Source: Erysipelotrichaceae bacterium (lineage in GTDB: Bacteria > Bacillota_I > Bacilli_A > Erysipelotrichales > Erysipelotrichaceae). Taken from it: a stretch of 32,000 nt of DNA. The number at the start of each line of letters is the position of its first letter. Positions within the stretch are counted from its first letter, which is position 1. Below, one piece after another: positions 1 through 9,438 of this stretch. The stretch covers positions 900,001 to 932,000 of the forward strand of contig OY781039.1 of NCBI GenBank assembly GCA_963676105.1, written 5' to 3'. The position numbers and the translations under genes were made by a program. The notes under the pieces were generated by a model. It was not told the origin of the DNA. It ran no database searches and saw nothing but the letters and a program-made list of their open reading frames with translations.

Positions 1-283
1 ATGGAATAGCCATTAATAACTGTGGAAATGAAGAGTACTCATCTACAAGTATTGTTCGATAAATATATTGAAGCACAGCTTGTGGTTCACTCTGAATCCG
101 ATTATTAACATCAATAGCACGTCGCCAAAAACCAGCAAAATCCCAGTAAGTAATAAATGATTCTTGACTTAAAAACCATATTGAAAATGAAACATAAAAG
201 ACAAACGACACGAATGAAAAAAGCAGAAAGACTTTCCACTGTTTTTTAATAGTGTTCTTCCATGTCTCATGTTTGAAAATCAT
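1..283 (-). CDS. N-terminal 94 codons of a membrane protein gene that runs off the left edge; possibly a GT-C/PMT-like glycosyltransferase
   Basis: Hand translation of the minus strand from ATG at 283 (alternative ATG at 301) stays open to position 1: MIFKHETWKNTIKKQWKVFLLFSFVSFVFYVSFSIWFLSQESFITYWDFAGFWRRAIDVNNRIQSEPQAVLQYIYRTILVDEYSSFPQLLMAIP. It has a basic tail, a hydrophobic helix, then a loop with a DE motif. It is absent from the ORF track because no stop codon lies in the window. No clear SD. Confidence 0.45.
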   Translation of the reverse strand, partial: MIFKHETWKNTIKKQWKVFLLFSFVSFVFYVSFSIWFLSQESFITYWDFAGFWRRAIDVNNRIQSEPQAVLQYIYRTILVDEYSSFPQLLMAIP

Positions 284-482
284 ATAACTTATGAAACACA
301 TTAGTATTGGATATATGGAATAGATTAATATTTGCACAACAACCTCTTTAATCAACGCACATATTTTATCATTGAAGGAAGTAAAAATACTGACATTTAT
401 ACAGTATTTTTAAGAACCGTCATAGTTTTTTCATATTTTTATGTTAAGAATATGTTAAATTTTAAAGGGGTCATATTAGACT

Positions 483-2342
483 ATGAAGAAATTTAAATTA
501 AAATCACTTTATCAAAAACTATTGCTTGTCACTTTATTCACCATTATTGCTTATATATCATATGGTGAATATCATATAGAATCTGACTATGCATCTTATA
601 TTAATTATGCTTATTTAGCAATCGCATTATCATTATCATTCGTATTACCAAAATGGTTCGATGTAGTCTATCTAAATTTTTGGATGATTTTATTAAATGT
701 CGGTTTATGGATGCAAACAGTCTATTTTAGAGCTTTTTTACAATATGGAAGAATTAGTGTTCTTATTAGTCAAAAAACAGAAGCCATTCAATCTTGGGAT
801 AGTATAAAAGAATTTATATCGATAAAAGACTTGCAGTATTTAATATATATAATTTTATTTTTAACCACATCAATATTAATAACAAAGTTTAGTAACAAAG
901 CAAAGAATAAGCTTTATTTAATTTACGGATTAATTTCAGTAAGTTTTATTGGAATAGCCAGTTTTAATATTTATGAATTTTATCAAAAATTAGAAGAAAG
1001 TCGTCATGAAGAGTCTGTGTTTACATATTACAAAACTGACCACTATGAATACTCAATTAGATTATCAACCGCACCATTTGTTCAAAAATTTGGTCTAACA
1101 GGGTTATTCCATAAAGATATTGTAGATTTTTATATAACACCATTTTTCAGCAATGCTACTGAAGAGAATTCAGAAATCACTAATATTCTAAGTAATAAAA
1201 TTTATTCTGAAAATACTGATTACACTGGTCTTTTGGCAGGTAAAAGTTTATTACTCATTGAGGCTGAATCATTGATGCATCTTGCAATTGACCCAGAATT
1301 AACACCAACACTATATAAATTGAGATTAGAAGGTTTAAATTTTTCTTCCTATAATTCACCACTATTAACTGGTTCTACTAGTGACACTGAATTTATGGTG
1401 AATACAAGTTTATTACCAGCTAATGAAGGCTTTAACACTTTTATGAGTTATGCTGAGAACACATATCCTGTCACTATTGCTGACTATTTTAATAATAGTG
1501 GTTATTCAGTTTTGGCTGCTCACAATAATTATGCAGAGTTTTATAACCGAAATAATATGTTACCAGCACTTGGATATAAATTTTGGGATGCAATTGATAT
1601 GGGATTTCAAAATCAAATGGTGCCTGATTCAGAATTTCTTGTACCTATAAAATGGATATCATATGAAAAAGAGAAGTTCTTCTCATTTTGGATTACGTTT
1701 AACGGACATCAACCATATTCATTAGACGAAATGAATTCATTATTCTATCCTTATTATGAACAAGTAAGTACAAAGTATCCTGACTTGCCAGAAGCTGAGA
1801 AAGTCTATCTTGCTAAAACTATGGATTTTGATAAAGGTTTAGCTTCTTTAATTCAAGATTACACATATTCAGGAAAAATTGATGATTTAGTTATTGCAAT
1901 CTATGGTGATCATTTTGTTAAAGGTGCATTTTCTGATCCAAGTATTGTTGATATGGTTTGTACTGATACTGTTGATAAATGCACTTATACACCATTTATC
2001 ATTTGGTCTAATTCTATCGAACATGAGAATATTGATAAAGTAAGCAATCCTTTAGATATATTACCTACAATACTTGATTTATATGGAATTGATTATAACC
2101 AGAATTTTACATTAGGTCATAGTATCTTTGATGATACATATGAAGGGTTTTACTTTAATGCTTGGGGTGGTATTACAGTTGGTGATGAAGTATATGATAC
2201 TAGTGTAGAAAATCCAAGTATACCAAGTGATAAAATACTTGAAGCTATGAACTTATTAGATGTAGGTCCAAAAATCGTTGAAAACGATTATTTTGCGTCA
2301 GAAGAATGTACTGCATCTTTTGGAGAGGCTTGTATTAAATAA
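483..2342 (+). CDS. LtaS-family (lipoteichoic acid synthase / phosphoglycerol transferase-like) membrane-anchored sulfatase-fold enzyme
   Basis: 619-aa ORF with about five N-terminal hydrophobic helices followed by an alkaline-phosphatase/sulfatase-type ectodomain. LtaS-like motifs are LLLIEAESLM, TGSTSDTEFMVNTSLLP (catalytic Thr context) and IYGDHF. ATG 483 is the first possible start, after an in-frame TAG at 477-479. Confidence 0.8.
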   Translation: MKKFKLKSLYQKLLLVTLFTIIAYISYGEYHIESDYASYINYAYLAIALSLSFVLPKWFDVVYLNFWMILLNVGLWMQTVYFRAFLQYGRISVLISQKTEAIQSWDSIKEFISIKDLQYLIYIILFLTTSILITKFSNKAKNKLYLIYGLISVSFIGIASFNIYEFYQKLEESRHEESVFTYYKTDHYEYSIRLSTAPFVQKFGLTGLFHKDIVDFYITPFFSNATEENSEITNILSNKIYSENTDYTGLLAGKSLLLIEAESLMHLAIDPELTPTLYKLRLEGLNFSSYNSPLLTGSTSDTEFMVNTSLLPANEGFNTFMSYAENTYPVTIADYFNNSGYSVLAAHNNYAEFYNRNNMLPALGYKFWDAIDMGFQNQMVPDSEFLVPIKWISYEKEKFFSFWITFNGHQPYSLDEMNSLFYPYYEQVSTKYPDLPEAEKVYLAKTMDFDKGLASLIQDYTYSGKIDDLVIAIYGDHFVKGAFSDPSIVDMVCTDTVDKCTYTPFIIWSNSIEHENIDKVSNPLDILPTILDLYGIDYNQNFTLGHSIFDDTYEGFYFNAWGGITVGDEVYDTSVENPSIPSDKILEAMNLLDVGPKIVENDYFASEECTASFGEACIK

Positions 2343-2382
2343 GAGTGAAAAAATAGTCATATTTTATGCTAGGATGTAAGTA

Positions 2383-3318
2383 ATGAAAACTGAGTTAACA
2401 GTCGTTGTCCCTTGTTATAACGAAGAAGAATCACTACATCCTTTTTTTAATGTATTAATCCCTGAATTAAAGAAATTGAAAGTTACATATGAAATCATAT
2501 GTGTTAATGATGGTTCAAAAGATCAAACATTAAATGTTTTAACTGAATTACGAAAATCTATCAAGGAATTAAATATCATTGATTTTAGCCGAAACTTCGG
2601 AAAAGAAGCTGGTATTTTAGCTGGCTTAAGAGAAAGTAAAGGCGAGGTTGTTGTTTTAATGGATGCTGATTTACAAGATCCACCAAGTTTATTAGAAAAA
2701 ATGTATACCAAACTTCAAAACGACACTATAGATAGTGTCGCAACTTACCGTGTCAACCGTGTTGGAGAACCAAAAATTCGAAGTTATTTCGCTCGTAAAT
2801 TTTACCAACTCATTAATAAAATGAGTGATGTTGAAATTGTAGATGGTGCTCGTGATTACCGCATGATGACACGTACAATGGTGGATGCAATATTATCGCT
2901 ATCTGAATATCATCGTTTTTCTAAAGGAATATTTGTTTGGGTTGGTTTTAATACAGAGTATTTACCTTATAAAAATATTGAACGAGTAGCTGGTGAGACT
3001 AAATGGAGTTTCTGGTCTTTATTTAGATATGCAATTGAAGGTATTGTTGCCTTTACGACAGTGCCATTAAGACTTTCAATGATGTCAGGTATTGTAATTT
3101 CACTAATTACTTTTGTTTATATGATTTTTATCTTTATAAAAGCGCTACTTTATGGGGATCCTGTAGATGGATGGCCAACCATGATGGTTATTATATTATT
3201 CTTAGGTGGTATTCAATTATTATCAATAGGGATTATTGGCGAATACTTATCAAAAACATATATGGAAGTTAAAAAACGTCCAAACTATGTTATTCGAAAG
3301 AAATATCCGAATTCATAA
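2383..3318 (+). CDS. GT2 polyprenyl-phosphate glycosyltransferase (GtrB/CsbB/GtlA type)
   Basis: GT-A motifs VVVPCYNEEESL, VNDGSKDQT and DADLQDPP, plus two C-terminal TM helices (LRLSMMSGIVISLITFVYMIFIF; MMVIILFLGGIQLLSIGIIGEYL). This is the GtrB/DPM1-like architecture. Confidence 0.88.
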   Translation: MKTELTVVVPCYNEEESLHPFFNVLIPELKKLKVTYEIICVNDGSKDQTLNVLTELRKSIKELNIIDFSRNFGKEAGILAGLRESKGEVVVLMDADLQDPPSLLEKMYTKLQNDTIDSVATYRVNRVGEPKIRSYFARKFYQLINKMSDVEIVDGARDYRMMTRTMVDAILSLSEYHRFSKGIFVWVGFNTEYLPYKNIERVAGETKWSFWSLFRYAIEGIVAFTTVPLRLSMMSGIVISLITFVYMIFIFIKALLYGDPVDGWPTMMVIILFLGGIQLLSIGIIGEYLSKTYMEVKKRPNYVIRKKYPNS

Positions 3319-3326
3319 GGAAAACA

Positions 3327-5867
3327 ATGGTGGGAAAAATATTAAATCACAAATGGTTCCCTTATCATATCTATGCACTTATTTTAGGAATCATTTCACT
3401 TTACTTCATTATTTCAAATCAGGGCATCCTGATTTTTTATGGTGATTCTTTTGAACAACAATATGCTTTTTATTTAGGTGCTTGGGAAAAATTCCATCAA
3501 TTGGATTTTTCTTTATGGAATTGGTCTTTAGGTTTAGGATCTAATTACTTTTCTTACAGTTTTTATTTTGCGACCAGTCCGTTTCTATTTTTAGTACTGC
3601 TTTTTCCTAAAGCTTGGTTACCCTATCTATTTTTACCATTAAATATCATTAAGTTAGCTTTATTACTCGCCTTCTCTTATCAATGGTTTAGAAAATTAAA
3701 TCCCAATAAGATTAATGCCTTTATAGGTAGTTTAATGATTACTTTCTCTGGATGGGTTTTATTCTTTTTTCACTACAACCATTTCTTGGATGCTTTTTGG
3801 TTATATCCTTTAATACTTTTTCAAATTGAATCAGATTTATTTATTAAACGAAATAGAATTTGGCTATTTTCAATTGGTGCATTAGGTATTATCAACTATT
3901 ATTTCCTATACATGTTTATTCCTTTTTTGGGAATTTATGTCATCTTTAGATTATTTTCTGTTTATCAAAAAGCGAATAAACAATTATTTTCTGAGCTAAT
4001 AAAAGGGATCGGTTGGTTATTATTAGGAATTGGATTATCAGCTATTGTATTACTTCCCTCTTTATCGATTGCTTTGTTAACACCTCGATTAGGAACAGCT
4101 ATTGAATGGACTCATATCAATTTAAAAGATGCTTTTAGATTTATATCAACCTTATTTTCATTTGTTATGTATCGCTTTGATCCCAGTTATTTCATTAGTA
4201 CTGATATCTTTGGAGGTATTGGTTGGGGCGGCGGCGTTTCTTTATATGCAAGTATTCTATCACTTATATTAATTCCCTTCGGATTTATGAAGTCCGATAA
4301 AAAATATGTAAACATCATACTTTATAGTTTATTAGCAATATTATTTTCATTTTTACCATTCTATAAATTACTACAAGGATCACTTGATGTTCGATGGTAT
4401 TTCATGATTACCTTTTTCAATGTGACATTTGCGATAAAAGGTCTTGATAATATTGAAAAATACCCAGAACTTAGAAAATACCTAAAATTTGTTTTGGGAT
4501 CATGGATTTTAATCATTGTAGCTTTCTTCAGCATAAGTTATTTAAAAGATTGGAACGGTAGTCATGGTAAGGAATTAGCGATGCTTGTTACAGCAGTTGT
4601 TGCATTATTGATACTTTACGGTTTTTTATTAAACAAAACAGAAAAATTTAAAACTGCCATTGTTACTTTACTTGTATTAGAGGTTTTACTTAGTTTTTAT
4701 TTACCTGTTGCATATGATAAACCAATGACACTTTCTGAGTTAGAAGTTACCAATATATCAGAAAGTACTGTGGTTGATTATATTAAACAAAATGAAACAG
4801 ATGAATTCTATCGAATCTTCTTTGATTCTGGTCGATATACTAGTTCAAATGATCCATTCGCAAAAAACTATGCTGGCTTATCTTTTTACTTATCTGTTTA
4901 TAATTACGAACAAGAAGAATATTTAAACCGAATGAAGGGTACATGGTCGATGCCTTTTACATTTGGACGTACTTATACCTATCAGTTATTATCAGTAAAA
5001 TATTATATTACACACGATCGACTTCATGAAGCACCTTTTGGTTTTGATTATCTTGAATCATTTGGTGAATACGAAATTTATCAAAACCGCTATTTTTATT
5101 CTCTTGGTTATTCAACTACACAAACAGTTAGTGAAGATGACTTTAAATCATTATCCTATTTAAACCAAGATCGTTTACTCATGGATCATGTAGTGACAGG
5201 TAAAAGTACAAATACTGAATACAAGTATTTTAATGAACTGACTAAACTTTATGAATGGGTACAACCAACTAATATTGAACTTGATTTAGAATCACTTGGT
5301 GATTCTGCGATTATTTATGCTGAAACATTTGATATTCCTATTGTGACTATTAGATCATATGCTGATAATTTCTTCTTTTATGAGCACTATATTAACAAAT
5401 CATATACATGGCAATATAATTACACATCTACCTATATTCCTCGTGTGAGCGCTTTAAATGGCTTAGAAGTGATACCAGATAATTTATATAATTCACCAAC
5501 GACCATCAATTTATATGTTGAAAACGACTTTAGTGCTTATGATTTATGGCGTAAAAACCTAAATACATTTACAAATACACAAGTTCTTAATGATGTGGTT
5601 AATGCAAGCATTGCAATCAAAAGCGATGAAGAATGGATTTTTACATCAATTCCTTATGATAAAGGATGGCATGTCTATGTTAATGATGAAGAAATTGAGT
5701 TTTCTAAAGTTGATTTAGGTTTTATTGGTTTTAAATTATCAAAAGGATCTTATGACATCCAATTTATTTATAAAACACCATATCTAAAAATTGGGATGGT
5801 TATTACATTAGTAAGCTTATTGTTTGTTTCATTTATTAAATTCTTTACACTGAGAAAGAAAGACTAA
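3327..5867 (+). CDS. YfhO-family polytopic membrane glycosyltransferase (GT-C), paralog 1
   Basis: 846 aa with many TM helices. An acidic loop follows TM1 (FYGDSFEQQY). The C-terminal ectodomain ends IPYDKGWHVYVNDEEIEFSKVDLGFIGFKLSKGSYDIQFIY plus a terminal TM, the typical YfhO layout. SD AAGGA lies 4 nt upstream of the ATG. Confidence 0.85.
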   Translation: MVGKILNHKWFPYHIYALILGIISLYFIISNQGILIFYGDSFEQQYAFYLGAWEKFHQLDFSLWNWSLGLGSNYFSYSFYFATSPFLFLVLLFPKAWLPYLFLPLNIIKLALLLAFSYQWFRKLNPNKINAFIGSLMITFSGWVLFFFHYNHFLDAFWLYPLILFQIESDLFIKRNRIWLFSIGALGIINYYFLYMFIPFLGIYVIFRLFSVYQKANKQLFSELIKGIGWLLLGIGLSAIVLLPSLSIALLTPRLGTAIEWTHINLKDAFRFISTLFSFVMYRFDPSYFISTDIFGGIGWGGGVSLYASILSLILIPFGFMKSDKKYVNIILYSLLAILFSFLPFYKLLQGSLDVRWYFMITFFNVTFAIKGLDNIEKYPELRKYLKFVLGSWILIIVAFFSISYLKDWNGSHGKELAMLVTAVVALLILYGFLLNKTEKFKTAIVTLLVLEVLLSFYLPVAYDKPMTLSELEVTNISESTVVDYIKQNETDEFYRIFFDSGRYTSSNDPFAKNYAGLSFYLSVYNYEQEEYLNRMKGTWSMPFTFGRTYTYQLLSVKYYITHDRLHEAPFGFDYLESFGEYEIYQNRYFYSLGYSTTQTVSEDDFKSLSYLNQDRLLMDHVVTGKSTNTEYKYFNELTKLYEWVQPTNIELDLESLGDSAIIYAETFDIPIVTIRSYADNFFFYEHYINKSYTWQYNYTSTYIPRVSALNGLEVIPDNLYNSPTTINLYVENDFSAYDLWRKNLNTFTNTQVLNDVVNASIAIKSDEEWIFTSIPYDKGWHVYVNDEEIEFSKVDLGFIGFKLSKGSYDIQFIYKTPYLKIGMVITLVSLLFVSFIKFFTLRKKD

Positions 5868-5881
5868 TTTATAATATTCTT

Positions 5882-8179
5882 ATGACTAAAAACAAATCCC
5901 GTTTACTTTTAATCACTCTATTAACCTTAATGGTGATAGGTGTATATATGCCATATTTTTTAACCAATACACCTTTTGAATATGGAGGTGATTTAAAACC
6001 TCAATGGTATCCATTTTTTATCGAATTTAAAGATCAAATTAACTTATCAAATTTACTAAGTGGTATATTACCATTTTATTCTTGGGATTTGTTTTTGGGT
6101 ACAAACTATTGGGCTTCCATGAGCTTTTATGGTTTGTCTGATATCTTTAGTTATATCAGTTTATTATTTACGACTCACTTTTACACAACTTATATGATTG
6201 TTACGGGCTTTAAAGTTGTTTTAGCTGGCATATTCTTTTTTGAATTAAGTCATCAATTTAGTGAAAATAACATTGCAAAAGTAATTGTTAGTGTTGCATA
6301 TGCTTTCTCTGCATGGATAATTTATTTTTATGGTCAAGGAACATTTATTTCTTTTTATTTATATGTTCCGTTATTTTTACTTACCGTTGAAAATGCATTA
6401 TCAAAAAATAAATTCATATTCTTCACTTTGATGACTGCAGTCATTTTAATGGCAAACTACGTACTATTCTTCTCATTAACTCTATTTTTACCAATTTATG
6501 TCATCTATCGTTATTATCTAATCAACAATGGCTTTAATGGTATTTTAAAAAAGGTGTTAACTCTTATTGCTCATTACATTTTAGGTGTAGGCATTTCTGC
6601 AGTTATCATTTTCCCTACTTTTATTTATATGATGAGTAACGATCGAGTAGGGTATACAATTTTAAATTTAACTTTTGATGATTTGAGAGTTTATTATCAT
6701 TTACTTGTCGGTATGTTGGTTCCTTCGCATGTATTTATTTATGTAAATAATGTATTTGAAACAAATTATCATATTTCCCGTGAAATACTATTATTCTCTG
6801 GATCATGGGTTGTCTTGCTGTTAACACAGATATTCACTGAAAAAGATAAAACATTTAAGTATGCCACATTAATCGTTTATGGATTGTTATTTGTATTACT
6901 GTTTATTCCAGCAGGATCTTCACTCATGAATGGTTTAAGTGAATATTCATTTAGATGGACATATATTATCATTATCTTTAATTTATTAATCAGTCTTAGA
7001 TATTTAAGTCATATCCAAGATTTAAATAAGAAAACATTGATATTCAGTTTAATAGTTCTTATTGGATTAATCTTAAGTATCATTCCAATTACACTACAAT
7101 CACAAGATCAATTGTCACTTATCAATGATTTTAAGCCACAGATTCTGTTGTTTATTTATATTGTTATTCTGATGTCAATTTATACTTTACTCTTTGTATT
7201 TAAGCCAAAACACACCTTATTAATAGTATTATCAGTATTTGTATTAGAATCATTTGGATTTGCTTTTTATAATATTGGATACTTTAGACGTTTACCTTTA
7301 GATAATTGGGATCAGATACATCGAGCAACTCATGTATTAGAAGATAGTGAACAAGAATTAAATACTTATTTAAATAATCTTGAAGAAGGTAATGATACCT
7401 CTTATTTTAGAGTGTATATTCCGCGTGAAAGTCTTTATTGGAACTACAGTCATAATATGAATTTAATCTATGATTTAAAGGGTGTAATGACATATCAATC
7501 CACTTATCAAACAAGTTTAAATGAATTAAAGTATATTTCACCAAGTATTATGGATTTTAGAAGCAGTTGGATATTTAATATTAAAGAACCACAAATATTA
7601 AACTTTGTGAATGTAAAGTACGCTATTGTGACATCTATTGATGAATTACCTGTAGGAAATTATAAATTAATTGATGATAACTTTAGATGGGGATTTAAAG
7701 TTTATAAAAACATGGATTATAGAGAACTCATCACAACCTATTCAAATATTGAAGATATTCAACCATTATTTGATGTTCATACAATTGAAAATGCTGATTT
7801 AAATTCAATTGTATATGCACATAGTGAAGATATAAATGACATAAAAACTTATTTAAATGAAGGATCAACATCAACATTAAATTCAGTCTATTATTACAAT
7901 AATGAACTTCATGCTTCATTAAGTACTTCTACTTCATCATTTGCGATCATCACAATCCCCTATGATGAAGGTTGGAAAGTGATAGTAAATAATCAAGAAG
8001 TTAAAACCTTTAAGGTCAATGGTGGTTTTATTGGTATTCCAGTCGAAGCAAATCAAAATAGTATTGATATGTATTTTGTCCCAGTTGGCTTTAAAACAGG
8101 ACTGATCACATCAGTTTTTTCTACAATTATAATAATCATCTTAGGTTTAATAGAATTTAAAAAGGCTAGGTCTATTTAA
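5882..8179 (+). CDS. YfhO-family polytopic membrane glycosyltransferase (GT-C), paralog 2
   Basis: 765 aa with an N-terminal EYGGDLKPQWY loop after TM1 and many TM helices. The C-terminus IPYDEGWKVIVNNQEVKTFKVNGGFIGIPVEANQNSIDMYF plus a terminal TM parallels paralogs 1 and 3. No obvious SD at 5882. Confidence 0.82.
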   Translation: MTKNKSRLLLITLLTLMVIGVYMPYFLTNTPFEYGGDLKPQWYPFFIEFKDQINLSNLLSGILPFYSWDLFLGTNYWASMSFYGLSDIFSYISLLFTTHFYTTYMIVTGFKVVLAGIFFFELSHQFSENNIAKVIVSVAYAFSAWIIYFYGQGTFISFYLYVPLFLLTVENALSKNKFIFFTLMTAVILMANYVLFFSLTLFLPIYVIYRYYLINNGFNGILKKVLTLIAHYILGVGISAVIIFPTFIYMMSNDRVGYTILNLTFDDLRVYYHLLVGMLVPSHVFIYVNNVFETNYHISREILLFSGSWVVLLLTQIFTEKDKTFKYATLIVYGLLFVLLFIPAGSSLMNGLSEYSFRWTYIIIIFNLLISLRYLSHIQDLNKKTLIFSLIVLIGLILSIIPITLQSQDQLSLINDFKPQILLFIYIVILMSIYTLLFVFKPKHTLLIVLSVFVLESFGFAFYNIGYFRRLPLDNWDQIHRATHVLEDSEQELNTYLNNLEEGNDTSYFRVYIPRESLYWNYSHNMNLIYDLKGVMTYQSTYQTSLNELKYISPSIMDFRSSWIFNIKEPQILNFVNVKYAIVTSIDELPVGNYKLIDDNFRWGFKVYKNMDYRELITTYSNIEDIQPLFDVHTIENADLNSIVYAHSEDINDIKTYLNEGSTSTLNSVYYYNNELHASLSTSTSSFAIITIPYDEGWKVIVNNQEVKTFKVNGGFIGIPVEANQNSIDMYFVPVGFKTGLITSVFSTIIIIILGLIEFKKARSI

Positions 8180-8188
8180 GACTTAGCC
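8164..8188. terminator. Bidirectional hairpin shared by convergent YfhO-2 and glf
   Basis: GGCTAGGTCT (8164-8173) pairs with AGACTTAGCC (8179-8188) as a 10-bp stem with one G.U pair and loop ATTTA. A T-run follows on the minus strand (TTTTTAAATT) and a T-rich tract on the plus strand (TCATTTATTTTC). Both stop codons (TAA 8177-8179 on plus; TAA from 8176-8178 on minus) lie largely within the loop. Confidence 0.5.
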
Positions 8189-9348
8189 TCATTTATTTTC
8201 TTATATAAATCAAGTGCTCTAAAGATAATCGCATCCATGTTGTAGTATTTATATTCAGCTAATCTTCCTGCAAAATAAATTGATTTAAAATCTTTAAAAG
8301 CATCAACATATTTATTATAAAGATTTTGATTTTCTTCAGTAAATACAGGGTAATAAGGAATATTGCCTTTTTCTGCATTTCTATCATAAGCGTATGGATA
8401 CTCAACAGCACAAGTACTTCCTTGAGGTTGGTGTTCCATTAAATGCTTATATTCAGTAATACGTGTAAAAGCATGTTTCTCTACTGGTGTTGGGTAGTTA
8501 ACAGTACCAACAGCATATTGTGTAGAATCATAAGATTTTAAATCAAATTCAAGTGAACGATAAGGAAGCGCTCCAAATCTATAATCTGCAAACTCATCCA
8601 TGGCACCTGTATAGATTAATACTCCATTAAATGCGTCATTTTTAAATTTAACTAAATGCTTATCCCAATCTAAATCAATAAGTTCTTTAGCCTCTGTATT
8701 GAGCTTAATGGTGATATTTGGGTGATTCAACATGTTTTCAAATAATTTTGTATACCCTTCTTTTGGCATTTGTTGATAGGTATCTTGAAAGTATCGATCA
8801 TCATAAGATATATGGACTGGAACACGACTCGTTACATTTGGATCTAATTCTTCAACCGTTAGTCCCCATTGTTTCATGGTGTAGTATTTAAAGACATGTT
8901 CAAAGATAAAATCAGCTAAAACTTTGATATCTTCATCCTCATTTTCTCTAAGTTTTAATATTGGAACTTTCTTTTCCATTCCATATAAACTGACTAATTT
9001 ATCAATCATACGAGATGCGACATCTTCACTAAAACAAGTTTTAATAGATGTGAGATTAAAAGGTACTGGAACGAACTGTTCTTGTACAGATCCTAAAACT
9101 CTATGTTCATATGGATACCACTGAGTAAAACGTGATAAATATTCAATGACTGCTTTATGAGTTGTATGCAAAATATGAGGTCCATATTTATGAACTCGAA
9201 CCCCTTTTTCATCGATATAGTCATACATATTACCAGCTATTTGAGCACGTTTATCAATCACTAATACTGTTTTATTATCTTCAGCAAATTGGCGCGCAAG
9301 TACAGAACCTGCAAAGCCTGCACCTACTATTATTACATCATATTTCAT
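8176..9348 (-). CDS. glf: UDP-galactopyranose mutase
   Basis: 390 aa. It has an N-terminal FAD Rossmann motif YDVIIVGAGFAGSVLA, then NMYDYIDEKGVRVHKYGPHILHT, and C-terminal FAGRLAEYKYYNMD. SD GAGGT lies upstream of ATG 9348. Confidence 0.9.
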   Translation of the reverse strand: MKYDVIIVGAGFAGSVLARQFAEDNKTVLVIDKRAQIAGNMYDYIDEKGVRVHKYGPHILHTTHKAVIEYLSRFTQWYPYEHRVLGSVQEQFVPVPFNLTSIKTCFSEDVASRMIDKLVSLYGMEKKVPILKLRENEDEDIKVLADFIFEHVFKYYTMKQWGLTVEELDPNVTSRVPVHISYDDRYFQDTYQQMPKEGYTKLFENMLNHPNITIKLNTEAKELIDLDWDKHLVKFKNDAFNGVLIYTGAMDEFADYRFGALPYRSLEFDLKSYDSTQYAVGTVNYPTPVEKHAFTRITEYKHLMEHQPQGSTCAVEYPYAYDRNAEKGNIPYYPVFTEENQNLYNKYVDAFKDFKSIYFAGRLAEYKYYNMDAIIFRALDLYKKINEAKS

Positions 9349-9374
9349 TTGTTAACCTCGACCACTATTAGTCT

Positions 9375-9406
9375 ATCATATCTTAACTTTTTGAATAAGA
9401 TATGAT
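9375..9406. promoter_or_regulatory. Perfect 11-bp inverted repeat (candidate operator) in the glf/ugd divergent spacer
   Basis: ATCATATCTTA (9375-9385) and TAAGATATGAT (9396-9406) are exact reverse complements separated by 10 nt (ACTTTTTGAA). The right arm abuts the extended -10 element of ugd. Confidence 0.45.
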
Positions 9407-9414
9407 GTTATAAT
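9406..9414 (+). promoter_or_regulatory. Extended -10 promoter element (TGTTATAAT) for ugd
   Basis: TG at 9406-9407 and TATAAT at 9409-9414. SD AAGGAG is at 9424-9429 and the ATG at 9439. No good -35. The core ATAATTAT is itself palindromic. Confidence 0.5.
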
Positions 9415-9438
9415 TATGGCGATAAGGAGTCTTTTTTT

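Noticed and set aside
441-461. Tandem ATGTTAAGAAT / ATGTTAAATT -10-like elements upstream of the LtaS-family gene
   Set aside because: The hexamers match the consensus poorly (3-4 of 6) and the second would place the transcription start in the putative RBS. I noted it as a possible promoter but it is too weak to list as a feature.
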